DNA of 64,000 nt from Mustelus asterias (taxonomy: Eukaryota). The position numbers and the translations under genes are program-made. Under the pieces are notes generated by a model, which did not search any database, was not told where the DNA came from, and was given only the letters and a program-made list of their open reading frames with translations. Shown here one piece after another: positions 1 to 10,556 of this stretch. The DNA is taken from positions 18,290,001-18,354,000 of the forward strand of contig NC_135825.1 in the NCBI RefSeq assembly GCF_964213995.1, read 5' to 3'. Positions within the stretch are counted from its first letter, which is position 1. Each line of letters opens with the position of its first letter.

Positions 1-329
1 TCAGATTCCAGCATCCACAGTATTTTGCTTAGGCCTTTTAAAGAATTTGTTTGCTAACTGTTTAAATGTACTGGCTGTAAAAGGCACATTCAGATAGGTT
101 TTCTTGTAAATTTGAAAAGAAAGATGAATTTTGTTATACTGTACAAACTTTTAAAATGTATTGTACTTCAATCTACATAAAGTAATACACACTCTCCAAC
201 TATCACTCATGCATGGGCCAAAATTTTTCAGCCCCGCCAGTGGTGCGAATTGTTGCAGGCCAGATGGAAAATACGGCAAAGCAGTCAAAATTCCATTAGC
301 TTTTGCCAGGAATTTTCCAGCCATGCATG

Positions 330-705
330 CACGCACTCACCCATGCACACAACACAACAATACAGGGACAGACACACACACTCAGCATGCAAGCACAGGA
401 GCAGGGACAGATAAACACACCAACACACAAAAACAGGGACGGACAGACATACAACACACACAAACACAGGGACATAGACACACAACACACAACACAGGGA
501 CAGGGGTATTAGCAGGGTAAATGTGTGGGGTTACGGGCCTGGGTGGGATTGTGGTCGGTACAGACTCGATGGGCCGAATGGCCTCTTTCTGTACTGTAGG
601 GGTTCTATGAATCTATGATTCTATGACACATACACACACATACACATGCACACACGTGCACATGCGCATGCACGCACACACGCATGCACACATACACACA
701 CATCA
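330..705. repeat. Degenerate (CA)n low-complexity tract interrupted by a SINE 3' fragment (about 495-625)
   Basis: acacacaa/acagggac reiterations; SINE tail gggccgaatggcct...tctatgattctatg. Confidence 0.8.
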
Positions 706-944
706 CATTGCAGAAGGGTAGGTTAAATTGATTAAGAGTCTGGAAAAAATCAGTTGTATATCGTTGCTGCAGATTGATGGTTAGATGGTTTCAGACTGAG
801 CTCGAAGGTCTTTCTGGATTCTGTGTCAAGAAAACTTAAAGATGTGGAAGGAGGTTTTCTGTCTTTTCTTGTGCAGCTTCCAAGGTCAGCAGCTGTGGTG
901 TTGATATTTAAGATGCTTCCTGAGGTATGGGTAATCAAAAAACA

Positions 945-1190
945 TGACGTGGAGATGCCGGCGTTGGACTGGGGTAAACACAGAAAGAGTTTTAACAACA
1001 CCAGGTTAAAGTCCGACAGGTTTATTTGGTAGCAAATGCCATTAGCTTTCAGAGCGCTGCTCCTTCGTCAGATGGAGTGGAAATCGGTTTCTACTCCATC
1101 TGACGAAGGAGCAGCGCTCCGAAAGCTAATGGCATTTGCTACCAAATAAACCTGTTGGACTTTAACCTGATGTTGTTAAAACTCTTACTG
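945..1190. mobile_element. Penelope-like palindromic element with hammerhead ribozyme motifs
   Basis: 103-bp inverted arms at 981-1083 and 1088-1190; 12-bp TSD AATCAAAAAACA at 933-944 and 1191-1202. Confidence 0.85.
1096..1132 (+). ncRNA. Minimal type-I hammerhead ribozyme motif (mirror copy on the - strand at 1039-1075)
   Basis: CCAT-CTGACGA-A-GGAGC-agc-GCTCC-GAAA-GCTA-ATGG: conserved core, stem II, palindromic AGCT stem III, stem I CCAT/ATGG. Confidence 0.7.
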
Positions 1191-1954
1191 AATCAAAAAA
1201 CAGGCAGGGAACGAGCTTGCAGAGAGGGCAAGAGAAAGGGTGCAAACTGACTATCCGGCTAGTCTGACTCTGGCTGGCCTGGTACAATGCAGTTTCTTAA
1301 AATACAAAAGGGTTTAGCTTGATTATCACTTGGCATCACTTGGCATCCTCTCATAAACTGGCCAGTTATCCAAACATGGGGCTGGATGTCCCACACCCCA
1401 CGGGACATGTTTTATGGTGGTTGAGTCAATCTGCCATTGGCCAGCGATGGGGCCTTCCAATCCTGCCGCTGCCAATGGGATTTCCCATTGTTTGCATCAG
1501 GGGAGGGGTGGGGGGAGGTGGCAGTTGGGAAGACTGGAAGATCCTGCCGACGGAAATGACCAGAAAATCCTGTCCATGGACATGCTAAACTGGTTTCAAC
1601 CTCACTGTTTAATGGTTATTAGATTATTTGGCTGATGGAGTTTCTTTCTCTGTTGGGGTCAATTGATTTAAAGACTTAGTCCACACTCAGCTGAATTCAC
1701 AGGTAAAATCTGGAGGTGTTGCGAATGATTCAGGTGATGGGCCATCCATGTACATTAATTGCCTCCCATAGGCTGCTCCTAGACAGCCCAGCTCCTTACT
1801 GTTGGCTTTGCAATTTGTAAGATACAGCTCTGTGAATGTTCAGCTATTTTAGGTGCTACTGTTTAAGTCACTTTTCAAATGCTTTTTAAACTAACATACT
1901 GAATGAAGTCATTTTCAATATAAACCATGGGTTAATCAGAATATCAATGATAAT

Positions 1955-3279
1955 AGAGTCATAGAGCGATAGAGGTTTACAGCATGGAAACAGGTCCTTC
2001 GGCCCAACTTGTCCATGCCGCCCTTTTTTTTTAAACCCCTAAGCTAATCCCAATTGCCTGCATTTGGCCCATATCCCATCGTACCCATGTAACTGTCTAA
2101 ACGCTTTTTAAAAGAAAAAATTGTACTTTACTACTACCTCTGGCAGCTTGTTCCAGACACTCACCACCCTCTGCATGAAAAAATTGCCCCTCTGGACAAT
2201 AAAATATACTTTTGTATCTCTCCCCTCTCACCTTAAACCTATGCCCTCTAGTTTTAGACTCCTATATTATTTTATAGACCTCTATAAAATCACCCCTCAG
2301 CCTTCTACGCTCCAGAGAAAGAAGTCCCAGTCTATCCAGCCTCTCCTTATAACTCAAACCATCAAGTCCCGGTAGCATCCTAGTAAATCTTTTCTGCACT
2401 CTTTCTAGTTTAATAATATCCTTTCTATAATAGGGAGACCAGAACTGTACACAGTACTCCAAATATGGCCTTACCAATGTCTTGTACAACTTCAACACGA
2501 TGTCCCAACTCCTGTATTCAATGTTCTGACCAATGAAACCAAGCATGCTGAATGCCTTCTTCACCAGTCTGTCCACCTGGACTCCACTTTCAAGGAGCTA
2601 TAAACATGTGCCCCTGGATCTCTTTGTTCTGTAACTCTCCCCAACGTCCTACCATTAACTGAGTAAGTCCTGCCCTGATTCAATCTACCAAAATGCATCA
2701 CCTCGCATTTATCTAAATTAAACTTCATCTGCCATTCGTCAGCCCACTGGCCCAATTGACCAAGATCCCGTTGCAATCGGAGATAACTTTCTTCATTATC
2801 CACTACACCACCAATCTTGGTGTCATCTGCTAAATTACTAACCATGCGTCCTATATCCTCATCCAAATCATTAATATAAATGACAAATAACAGTGGACCC
2901 AGGACTGATCCCTGAGGCACACCACTGGTCACAGGCCCCCAGTTTGAAAAACAAAGCTCTACAACCACCCTCTGGCTTCTGTCAAGAAGCCAATTTTGTA
3001 TCCATTTAGATACCTCACCCTGGATCCTGTGAGATTTAACCTTATGCAACAACCTACCATACGGTACCTTGTCAAAGGCCTTACTAAAGTCCATGTAGAC
3101 AACATCAACTGCACTGCCCTCATCTACCTTCTTGGTTACCCCTTCAAAAAACTCAATCAAATTTGTGAAACATGATTTTCCACTCACAAAGCCATGCTGA
3201 CTGTTCCTAATCAGTCCTCCTTGCGTCTCTAAATGCCTGTAGATCCTGTTTCTCAAAATACTTTCCAACAACTTACCCA
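1955..3279 (-). mobile_element. 5'-truncated CR1-clade LINE (RT and 3' tail)
   Basis: ORFs 2561..3280 and 2262..2576 ([26 protein letters not shown]); ATAAT TSD at 1950-1954 and 3280-3284; absent from copies A and B. Confidence 0.93.
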
Positions 3280-3305
3280 ATAATGAAATGATAAAACAGG
3301 CTTAC

Positions 3306-3330
3306 CTGTTCCAAGTAGCAGCTTCGCCAT
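3306..3330 (-). CDS. chia: Chitinase copy C, coding exon 1 only (MAKLLLGT); the rest of the gene lies left of the window
   Basis: ATG GCG AAG CTG CTA CTT GGA ACA G|gtaag, 25 nt. Homologous to exon 1 of A and B with the same promoter. Integrity of the remainder cannot be seen. Confidence 0.85.
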
Positions 3331-3560
3331 CTTGCAACTGGGCTGTTGTGGGCATCAACTCTCTCTTTTATACACTGAGTTTATCATTAGTGGTCAATAA
3401 TTCCAAACATCATTAACTTTATCACTGGGAAAAGATTAGTCACAATGGAAAAATAATAGTTCTTATCTTATCTTCCTAACATTATTTTCACCTTCTCATA
3501 AATAACAACCTTTCTCCTCCACAATGTCATTCAGGCTGTTGACCTTCATTGTAACCCCAA
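3331..3560 (-). promoter_or_regulatory. Copy C 5'UTR and promoter: TATA box plus GATA cluster
   Basis: TATAAAA at 3366-3372; WGATAA at 3381-3386 and 3419-3424; tandem AGATAAGATAA at 3463-3473; block conserved in all three copies. Confidence 0.75.
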
Positions 3561-3829
3561 ACGTGTTCCTGTACTTTAACAGAGGCAAGAAAATTGGTGG
3601 AAGCATTGAGGGTCCCATGTTCTTTTACTGTAGGACCAGGAAGAACGGTAATCCTCAGTGCTTCAGCTCTAGGTAGGTATGGAGCTTCTGTTGGTCAGCG
3701 TCATGGTGGGCTGTATGGGTTCAACACAGGATGAGTGAACTGAGCGATTTGAAAATGAAAAACTGATCAAGCAAGACAAGCCAGACCCTCATTCAGATCA
3801 ATTACTTCTACCTATGAATGTTCGTGACA

Positions 3830-4160
3830 TGTGGCTAGCACTGCTGCTTCACAATGCCAGGGACCCGGGTGCAATTCCAAACTTGGGTCACTGTCTGTGT
3901 GGAGTTTGCACATTCTCCCTGTGACTATGTGGGTTTACTCCGGGTGCTCTGGTTGTTTGGAGGTTAGGTTGATTGGTCATACTAAATTGTCCCTTAGTAT
4001 CCAAGGGGTGCCATTTAGGTGGATTGGCCATTATCAATGCACGGGGTTACAGGGTTAGGGAGGGGGATTGGGCTTGGGTGGGGTGCTCTTTCGGAGGGTT
4101 GGTGCTGACTCGATGGGCTGAATGGCCTGTTCTGTACTGTAGGGATTCTATGATTCTGTG
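3830..4160 (+). mobile_element. HE1-type tRNA-derived SINE
   Basis: tagcactgctgc..tcaca..ccagggacccgggt head, core, CR1-like tail ctgtagggattctatgattct. Confidence 0.85.
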
Positions 4161-4914
4161 AATTTCTGACATCAGTGCAAGATTTTAAGCAAGAGGGTGC
4201 ACTTTTAATCAGAAAATCAACGTGCTGGAGAGACAGTCACATTGTGGTAATGTCACTGAACTAGCACACTAAGACTTCGAGGCAGGATTCGAACAGCATC
4301 ATGGTCTCTGGTCATATTTAAATCCAATTAATAAACTTGTCACTATTTCTGAAACTATTGTCATGATTACATGCATTTTTTGTTAAGCAACCATTGGAAG
4401 CTGCATGCAGGGTAGCTGCTAAGAATAGGAGTTGAGTACCTCGCTTCTGCAAATCAGTCTCAACATTGGCCGTTGGATCACAAAGGAAATGGATCTGCAC
4501 CTACATGGAATACGATCCTCCCAGTTATTCTGTGGAACCCAGAAGAGGAAATGTTGCTCCCAGTACCAGGAAAACACTCTCACTCCAGCCCTGAATCTGC
4601 CTGCTTCACTCCTCTGCCACTTGTAGGCAGGCATGGCATCAAAATCACCCAGTGTTGGTTAGGGCAGCATTGAAATTCGTGATTGGTGTGAGTAGCTCCA
4701 CCATTCAATGCAAATAAGAGTGAAGTCTCCATTTCAATGGGGCACAGCATTTATCGATGTTTATTCCATTGGGCTCCTTTTACTGAAATAACTGATTGTT
4801 AAAATTTCACATTATAGCCTGAAGAATAATAAAGATCTGTGGTTCAGAGGATACAATCATTTCTCAAATCTATGAGGGAAATCTAAATTTAATCCAATAA
4901 ACCTGATGTTGGAT

Positions 4915-5130
4915 GTGGATAACCCCCCTAATCTACACATTTTTGGAAATTAAGGGGCAATTTAGCATGGCCAATCCACCTAACCTGCACATCTTTGGAC
5001 TATGGGAGGAAACTGGAGCACCCAGAGGACACCCATGCAGACATGGGGAGAACATGCAAACTCCATACAGTCAGCCAAGGCCAAAATCAAATGCGGGTCT
5101 CTGGTGCCAACCTATGTACCATCATGCCAC
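4915..5130 (-). mobile_element. HE1-type SINE (degenerate)
   Basis: Reverse complement of the same core (gcatggccaatccacctaacctgcacatctttggact). Confidence 0.8.
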
Positions 5131-6446
5131 ATGATTTTTAATCCAAGTCATAAAAATGTGAATTGTAATTTTTTTACAGAATTTGAGCCAACATCAATGA
5201 CGACATCATCAACTACAACTATGGGGTGGAAATTTCTGTCTGGGACTAAGTCCAATGGCAGAAGCGATTAGACAGAGGGATTTCTGCCAGAAAACATGAT
5301 GGGTAAGTGTGCTAAATGGTGCAATGATAAGCGCATTAATTTTGCAGCCGTTCCTTCAGGATCACTGGTCAAAGCCCTGGAACTCCCTCCCTATCAGCAT
5401 TGCATGTGCACCTCCATAACACCGTTTGCATCAAGTCTCGTGGTGTGGCAGGCAGGAAATTGGCTGCCCTGTCATCATATCCAGGCGCCATATTTAAAAG
5501 GCACATGGATCCCCCTTTGTTAATCATGCCAGGACACTTGCAGAAAGATGTGCAGCAGAAGGCAGCAACTCAAGCTCACCAATTCAGCGATGCCTTCCCA
5601 GAGGACTTCCTCCAGACCATCGAGAAAAGGAAGGATTATCCTCTTTCCAAAGAGTGGCAGCAACTGGCCTTCCCACCTGAGCACAGCTGCTTGGGAGAAG
5701 GTCACCGAGGTGGTCGGTGACTATAGGGTGGCCTGCAGTGCAGGAAATGTGCCAATGTCTAATCCACTCTGCTAGGGTATGTGAACCTGTTACTCATTCC
5801 AAACTCACATCACCACTCATTTTGTAATTCAGTCCAGGGATGTGGGACATCACTGTCCAGGCAGCTTTCCTATTGCCCATCTTTAACTGTCTTGCAAAGG
5901 TGGTGGTGTGCATCTTTGTGAACTTCTGCCGTCCATATGCTGTGCTGTTAGGGAGGCAACAGTAGGATTTTGACCCAGCCACAGTGAAGGTTCAGCCATG
6001 GGGTGTGAAGTGCAGGAGCTGTTAATCTCATTTACCTGCTGTCATTGCCCATTTAGAGGCAGCACTCGTGGATTTGGATGCTGATATCAAAGGAGCCTTG
6101 CTGAGTTGCCGCAATGCATCTTGTGCATGGTGCAGACTGCAGAGTCTGAATATTGAAGATGGTGAATGGGGTGCTGATCAAGCGAGTAGAATCACCATGG
6201 GGACTGTCGAGCTTATTACATCTTTATTGAGGTGCACTCATGCAGCCTACTGGAGAGTAATCCATCACAGTCCTGACCTGTGACCTCTACATAGTGGTAA
6301 AGTTTTAGTGAGATGGGCACCAGAATTAGCAGCCTATGACCTGGCCTTTCATCACACTTACTCACAATGAATCCATCAGTCTTCATTCAGGAAAAGACAA
6401 CAGGAAGGAGAGAGAAAGATGGGAGGTGCGTTGCCAGGGCTACTCA

Positions 6447-6775
6447 CAGAATCATTGAATCCTACAGTGCAGAAGGAGGCCATTTGGCCCATTGAGTCTG
6501 CACCAACCACAATCCCACCCAGGCCCTATCCCCGTAACCCCACACATTTACCCTAGCTAGTCCCCCGACACTAAGGGGCAAATTAGCATGGCCAATCTAC
6601 CTAACCCACACATCTTTGGACTGTGGGAGGAAACCAGAGCACCCAGAGGAAACCCACACAGACACACGGGGAGAATGTGCAAACTCCACACAGACAGTGA
6701 CCCAAGGCTGGAATTGAACCCGGATCCCTGGTGCTGTGAGGCAGCAGTGCTAACCACTGTGCCACCATGCTGCCC
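6447..6775 (-). mobile_element. HE1-type SINE, full length
   Basis: Complete head, core and tail on the minus strand. Confidence 0.9.
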
Positions 6776-6999
6776 ACAACCACCGTCACCTGTCACTGCA
6801 TTTGAGCAGCAGGCCGCAAAGGTGGCAGGGGAGGATAGGGACCATATCTGTGCCAAGGGTAATGCCGGCCTCTCCCAACAATCCAATGAGGAAGCATGCA
6901 TTATCCTGAGACCTTCAGAAACTCGAGGTGATTTCTGTGAGAATGTTTGAGCCAGCCCAGACAGTCACATTCTTGAGTTTCTCCATTCCAGGATCCAGG

Positions 7000-7885
7000 A
7001 GTGACAATCTCTTCCAGTACAGTTACAAAACTATCATCTATCCGACAATATGGAAAATTGCTCAGGTATGCCCTGCACACAAGAAACAGGACAAATCCAA
7101 CTCAGCCAATTACTGCCTAATCAATCTACTCTCGATCATCAGTAAAGTGATGGAAGAGGTCTAAAACAATGCTATCAAGCAGCTCCTGCTCAGAATAACC
7201 TGCTCAGTACTGCCCAGTTTGGGTTTTGCCAGGGTCACTCAGCTCTTGGTTCAAACTTGGACGAAAGAGCCGAATTCCAGAGGTGAGGTGAGAGTGACAG
7301 TCCTGGATATCAAGCCTCATTCAACTGAATGTGGCATCAAGAAGCCTGAGCAAAATAAGCCTGTGCGCCATCTAAAAGACACAAGTTAGCAGTGTGATGG
7401 AATACTCCCCACTTGCCTGGATGGGTGCAGCTCCAACAACACTCAAGAAGCTTGACACCGTCCAGGACAAAGCAACCACATCTACATACATCCACTCCCT
7501 CCACCACCGACAGTCAGGAGCAGCAGTGTGTACTATCTACAAGATGCACTGCAGCAATTCACCAAAGATCCTTAGACAGCCTCTTCCAAATCCAAATCCA
7601 CGATCACTTCCATCTAGAAGGACAAGAGCAGCAAATACACGGCAACACCACCATCTGCAAGTTCCCCTCCAAGCCACTCACCATTCTAACTTGGAAATAT
7701 ATTTCCATTCCTTAGCAGTCGCTGGAATTCCCTCCCTAATGGCATTGAGGGACAATCCACAGCACATGGAGTACAGCGATTTAAGAAGGCAGCTCATCAC
7801 CACCTTCTCAAGGGCAACTAGGGATGGGCAACAAATGCTGGCTAGCCAGTGACGCCCATGTCCCACGAATGAATAAAAAAAGAAT
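7000..7885 (+). mobile_element. Degenerate LINE (second CR1/L2-group family), RT fragment and 3' tail
   Basis: YPTIWKIAQVCPAHKKQDKSNSANY, MEYSPLAW; tail gatgggcaa...cccacgaatgaataaaaaaa. Related pieces at 5790-6360(-), 8430-8770(+), 27600-28500(-), 35750-36275(-), 37250-37600(+), 48410-48800(-). Confidence 0.8.
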
Positions 7886-9940
7886 AAGTGGAGACCAGTC
7901 CCCTCCAGTGAAGAAAGCACAAGACCCCAGGCCTCAATGAAGAAAGATGTCTTCTCACCTGTAGACCAGTCACAGCAGTCACCTGCACCCTCCACCAGAC
8001 CAGAGAGACACACACCTCGGTGGGGGGGTCAAAGATTTAGGACAGAATTTTTCGGCTGCGCTTACCTCAAAACTGGAAAATCCCACCCAAGGTCAACAGA
8101 CCTTTGCATGGTCCGCCCCCCAGCCCGCTATGATTCCCATGGTGGATGGGACAGGAAAATTCGTCCCCCTCCCAGCATAGGCTTGGGTTCACTTCATTGA
8201 CAGGGGTCCACAGCAGGCAGAGGCAGCAACAGCCAAGATTCCTGGTAAATCTTACAAAATGAAGATGAATTTGCGAATGCACTGGTTTGCCATTGTATTC
8301 AGTGTGATAATGTAAGATTGTATCTTAAGTAACCACAGTTATATTTTAACATCATTTAATTGATTTGTCATGATAATTACTTGTTTATGAGCAAATTGGT
8401 TTTATGATTAGTAAATATATTAGCAGAGAAGCTCACAGCATCAGCCACATGTGCCATCTACAATATGCACCGCAGCAACACGTCAGGGTTCCGATGGCAG
8501 CATCCTCCAAACCCTACCAGCTAGAAAGACAAGGGCAGCAGATGTACCACCCACAGGTTTCTCTCTAACTGATACAGCAATATCCCATAGAATCAAATTG
8601 CCGTTCCTTCACTATCATTTGTCAAAGCCCTGGAAGTCCCTCCCTAACAGCACCTCCATAACACTGGCTACAACAGTTCAAGAAGGCTGCACACCGTCAC
8701 CGTCTCAAGGGCAATTGAGGATGGGCAAAAAGTAGTAGTTTTGCCAATGACACACACATCCAAAAAAAAGAATAAGTGACAAAAATATCCACATAGGAAG
8801 ATGGGACTTCAACTGGAAGCAGTGTTTTCACAATATAATTAACTGCCAATTCAAATTTTTCCCCACTACATATCTGCCATAAAGATCATTAATTAATCTG
8901 CTACATAAATTCTAAGTTTCATTTTCTCATTGGAAAAACATTGGTTTGATGTGGGCTACAAAATCTCAATTATTTCACTTTCTTTCCTGTATTGAACACA
9001 GAAATGCTTTCCCTGAGATGTGCTGGAATGAGTGTAGATATCGGAGAGCTGTGCTTTGAGTTTGTGTCAAAGTTTCAAATGTCTGTTTCTGCCTTAAACT
9101 GTTACGTTGGAAATGAGTTCATGCTGGTGAAATCCTTTCAACCGATATTGTTGCATTTCATTCATTAAAAACAAAATACCAATAGACCGTTTTCTTAATG
9201 AATCAATGATTTTATTTTGCTGTTTAAACTGCAATTTACATCTTCAGTTGAGACAAAGTAGATGTGGTACATTAATGGTCTTCATCCACAAAGTAGTGTC
9301 ACTTCAGTAATTAAACTGAAGACTGGTAACAGCTTCACTGGTGCCCAACGAAGATTGATGGCAGGCTGGAAAAATAAAGAGTAGTTCAGTGTTCTCTTCT
9401 TAAACAATAATGTTTCACTATCACATCAGTTACATTAAAAACAGTTTCTATATTAGGTCTATTTTTAAAATTATAATTCTTTTCTTGTTTCCTTGCCTTT
9501 CTTCTTCCCCAACAACATATCTTCACCCAACAGAACTGACCAGGACCACACACACACATACACAGAAATACCCAATTCCACAACCAGGTTCTGGAACATA
9601 TATTGAAAAGCAGCTTGGGCTGAAATAAAACTCAGTAACCTTGTTTTATGAAGATGCCATTGCAGATATTTATGATGTCAGAGCTCTGCCACAGGGATTG
9701 CAGTAGTTCAAGATGGTGGCTAATTGAGGATAATTTAGGATGGGCAATAAACAGTGGTTATGACAGGGACTCCCACATCCCATGAACCAATGAGAATCGC
9801 CCCAAAGCAAGAGCACACCATCCATTTCAACCCGATCAACACTCGAAAAATGAACCTACATTCATTTGACACACACACTGTCAGGATTTGTTGGAATTCT
9901 ATACCCAGTGAACTGCGTTTTGTTAACTTTACCCACGTAT

Positions 9941-9946
9941 TTTAAT
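9941..9946 (-). terminator. Candidate poly(A) signal ATTAAA of copy A
   Basis: About 140 nt after the stop, with a GT-rich tract further downstream (about 9868-9880). Confidence 0.5.
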
Positions 9947-10083
9947 CTCCTGATGCATTTCATCAGGCTTTTAGTCGGGTCTACATTGGAATTTCACACA
10001 ACCTCAACATTATTGTTTTCTACAGTTTGTCTTCTCTGAATTGTTACTTACGTTATTAAGCAAGCCTACCTTCTGATTTCTCA

Positions 10084-10556
10084 TTACGCCCAGTTGCAAC
10101 AGCTGCAGGCGGTGTCATAGACCAATCCAGAACCGCAATGTTCCTCGTAGGTCCTTCCATTGACACATTCGTAAAACTTGTTCTTGTCTTTGCGATCAGG
10201 GTAGGTACCATTGGCTTTGCCAACGCAGAACCCACTTCCGCCACCGCCACTTCCACCACCACCACTGCTGCTGCCACCACCACTGCTGCTGCTGCCACCA
10301 CCACCACCGCTGCTGCTGCCACCACCACCACCGCTGCTGCTGCCACCACCACCGCTGCTGCTGCCACCACCACCGCTGCCACCACCACCGCTGCTGCTGC
10401 CACCACCACCACCGCTGCTGCTGCCACCACCGCTGCTGCTGCCACCACCACCGCTGCTGCTGCCACCACCACCGCTGCTGCTGCCACCACCGCCACCACT
10501 AGGAGCCTGAGTAGGAGGAACAGCTGGCGGCAGTGTTGTTTTGGATGGAGCACAAG
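10084..10556 (-). CDS. chia: Copy A exon 11: Pro/Thr hinge, (Gly/Ser)90 linker, CBM14 ([48 protein letters not shown])
   Basis: 473 nt, phase-1 acceptor tttccttctag, 6-Cys chitin-binding domain, TAA at 10084-10086. This frame is not in the ORF track. Confidence 0.95.

Larger units (their letters stand above)
35..1890 (-). mobile_element. Old Gypsy (Gmr1-like) LTR, probably a solo LTR, in intron 1 of copy C, with nested MITE, SINE, CA-repeat and Penelope insertions
   Basis: Aligns by eye to 32870-33870, 61740-62420, and 52290-52485 plus 55480-56195. Confidence 0.6.
5220..8420 (+). mobile_element. Decayed PIF/Harbinger-like DNA transposon (Myb/SANT-like ORF remnant) with nested LINE and SINE
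   Basis: QFSDAFPEDFLQTIEKRKD..LFP...TAAWEKV resembles Harbinger Myb-like proteins; paralogous to 35240-37000. Confidence 0.55.

Noticed and set aside
151-520. Cys/Val-rich and His/Thr/Gln-rich ORFs
   Set aside because: Translations of CA/TG low-complexity sequence.
3830-3900. tRNA-like heads (A/B boxes) of SINEs as tRNA genes
   Set aside because: No complete cloverleaf; always fused to a SINE core and tail.
6557-6950. Recurrent ORFs such as [16 protein letters not shown] and [12 protein letters not shown] throughout the window
   Set aside because: Chance translations of HE1-type SINE copies.
10231-10500. Ser-Gly dipeptides as serglycin-like glycosaminoglycan attachment sites
   Set aside because: No flanking acidic cluster and no alternating SG repeat; unsupported from sequence alone.
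10056-10553. Poly-Val/Ala minus-strand ORF and poly-Pro/Leu plus-strand ORF (also the His/Cys, Pro and Val/Ala ORFs at 40379-40746)
   Set aside because: Alternative frames of the GS-linker repeat. The true frame is fixed by the phase-1 splice and the CBM14 cysteine pattern.
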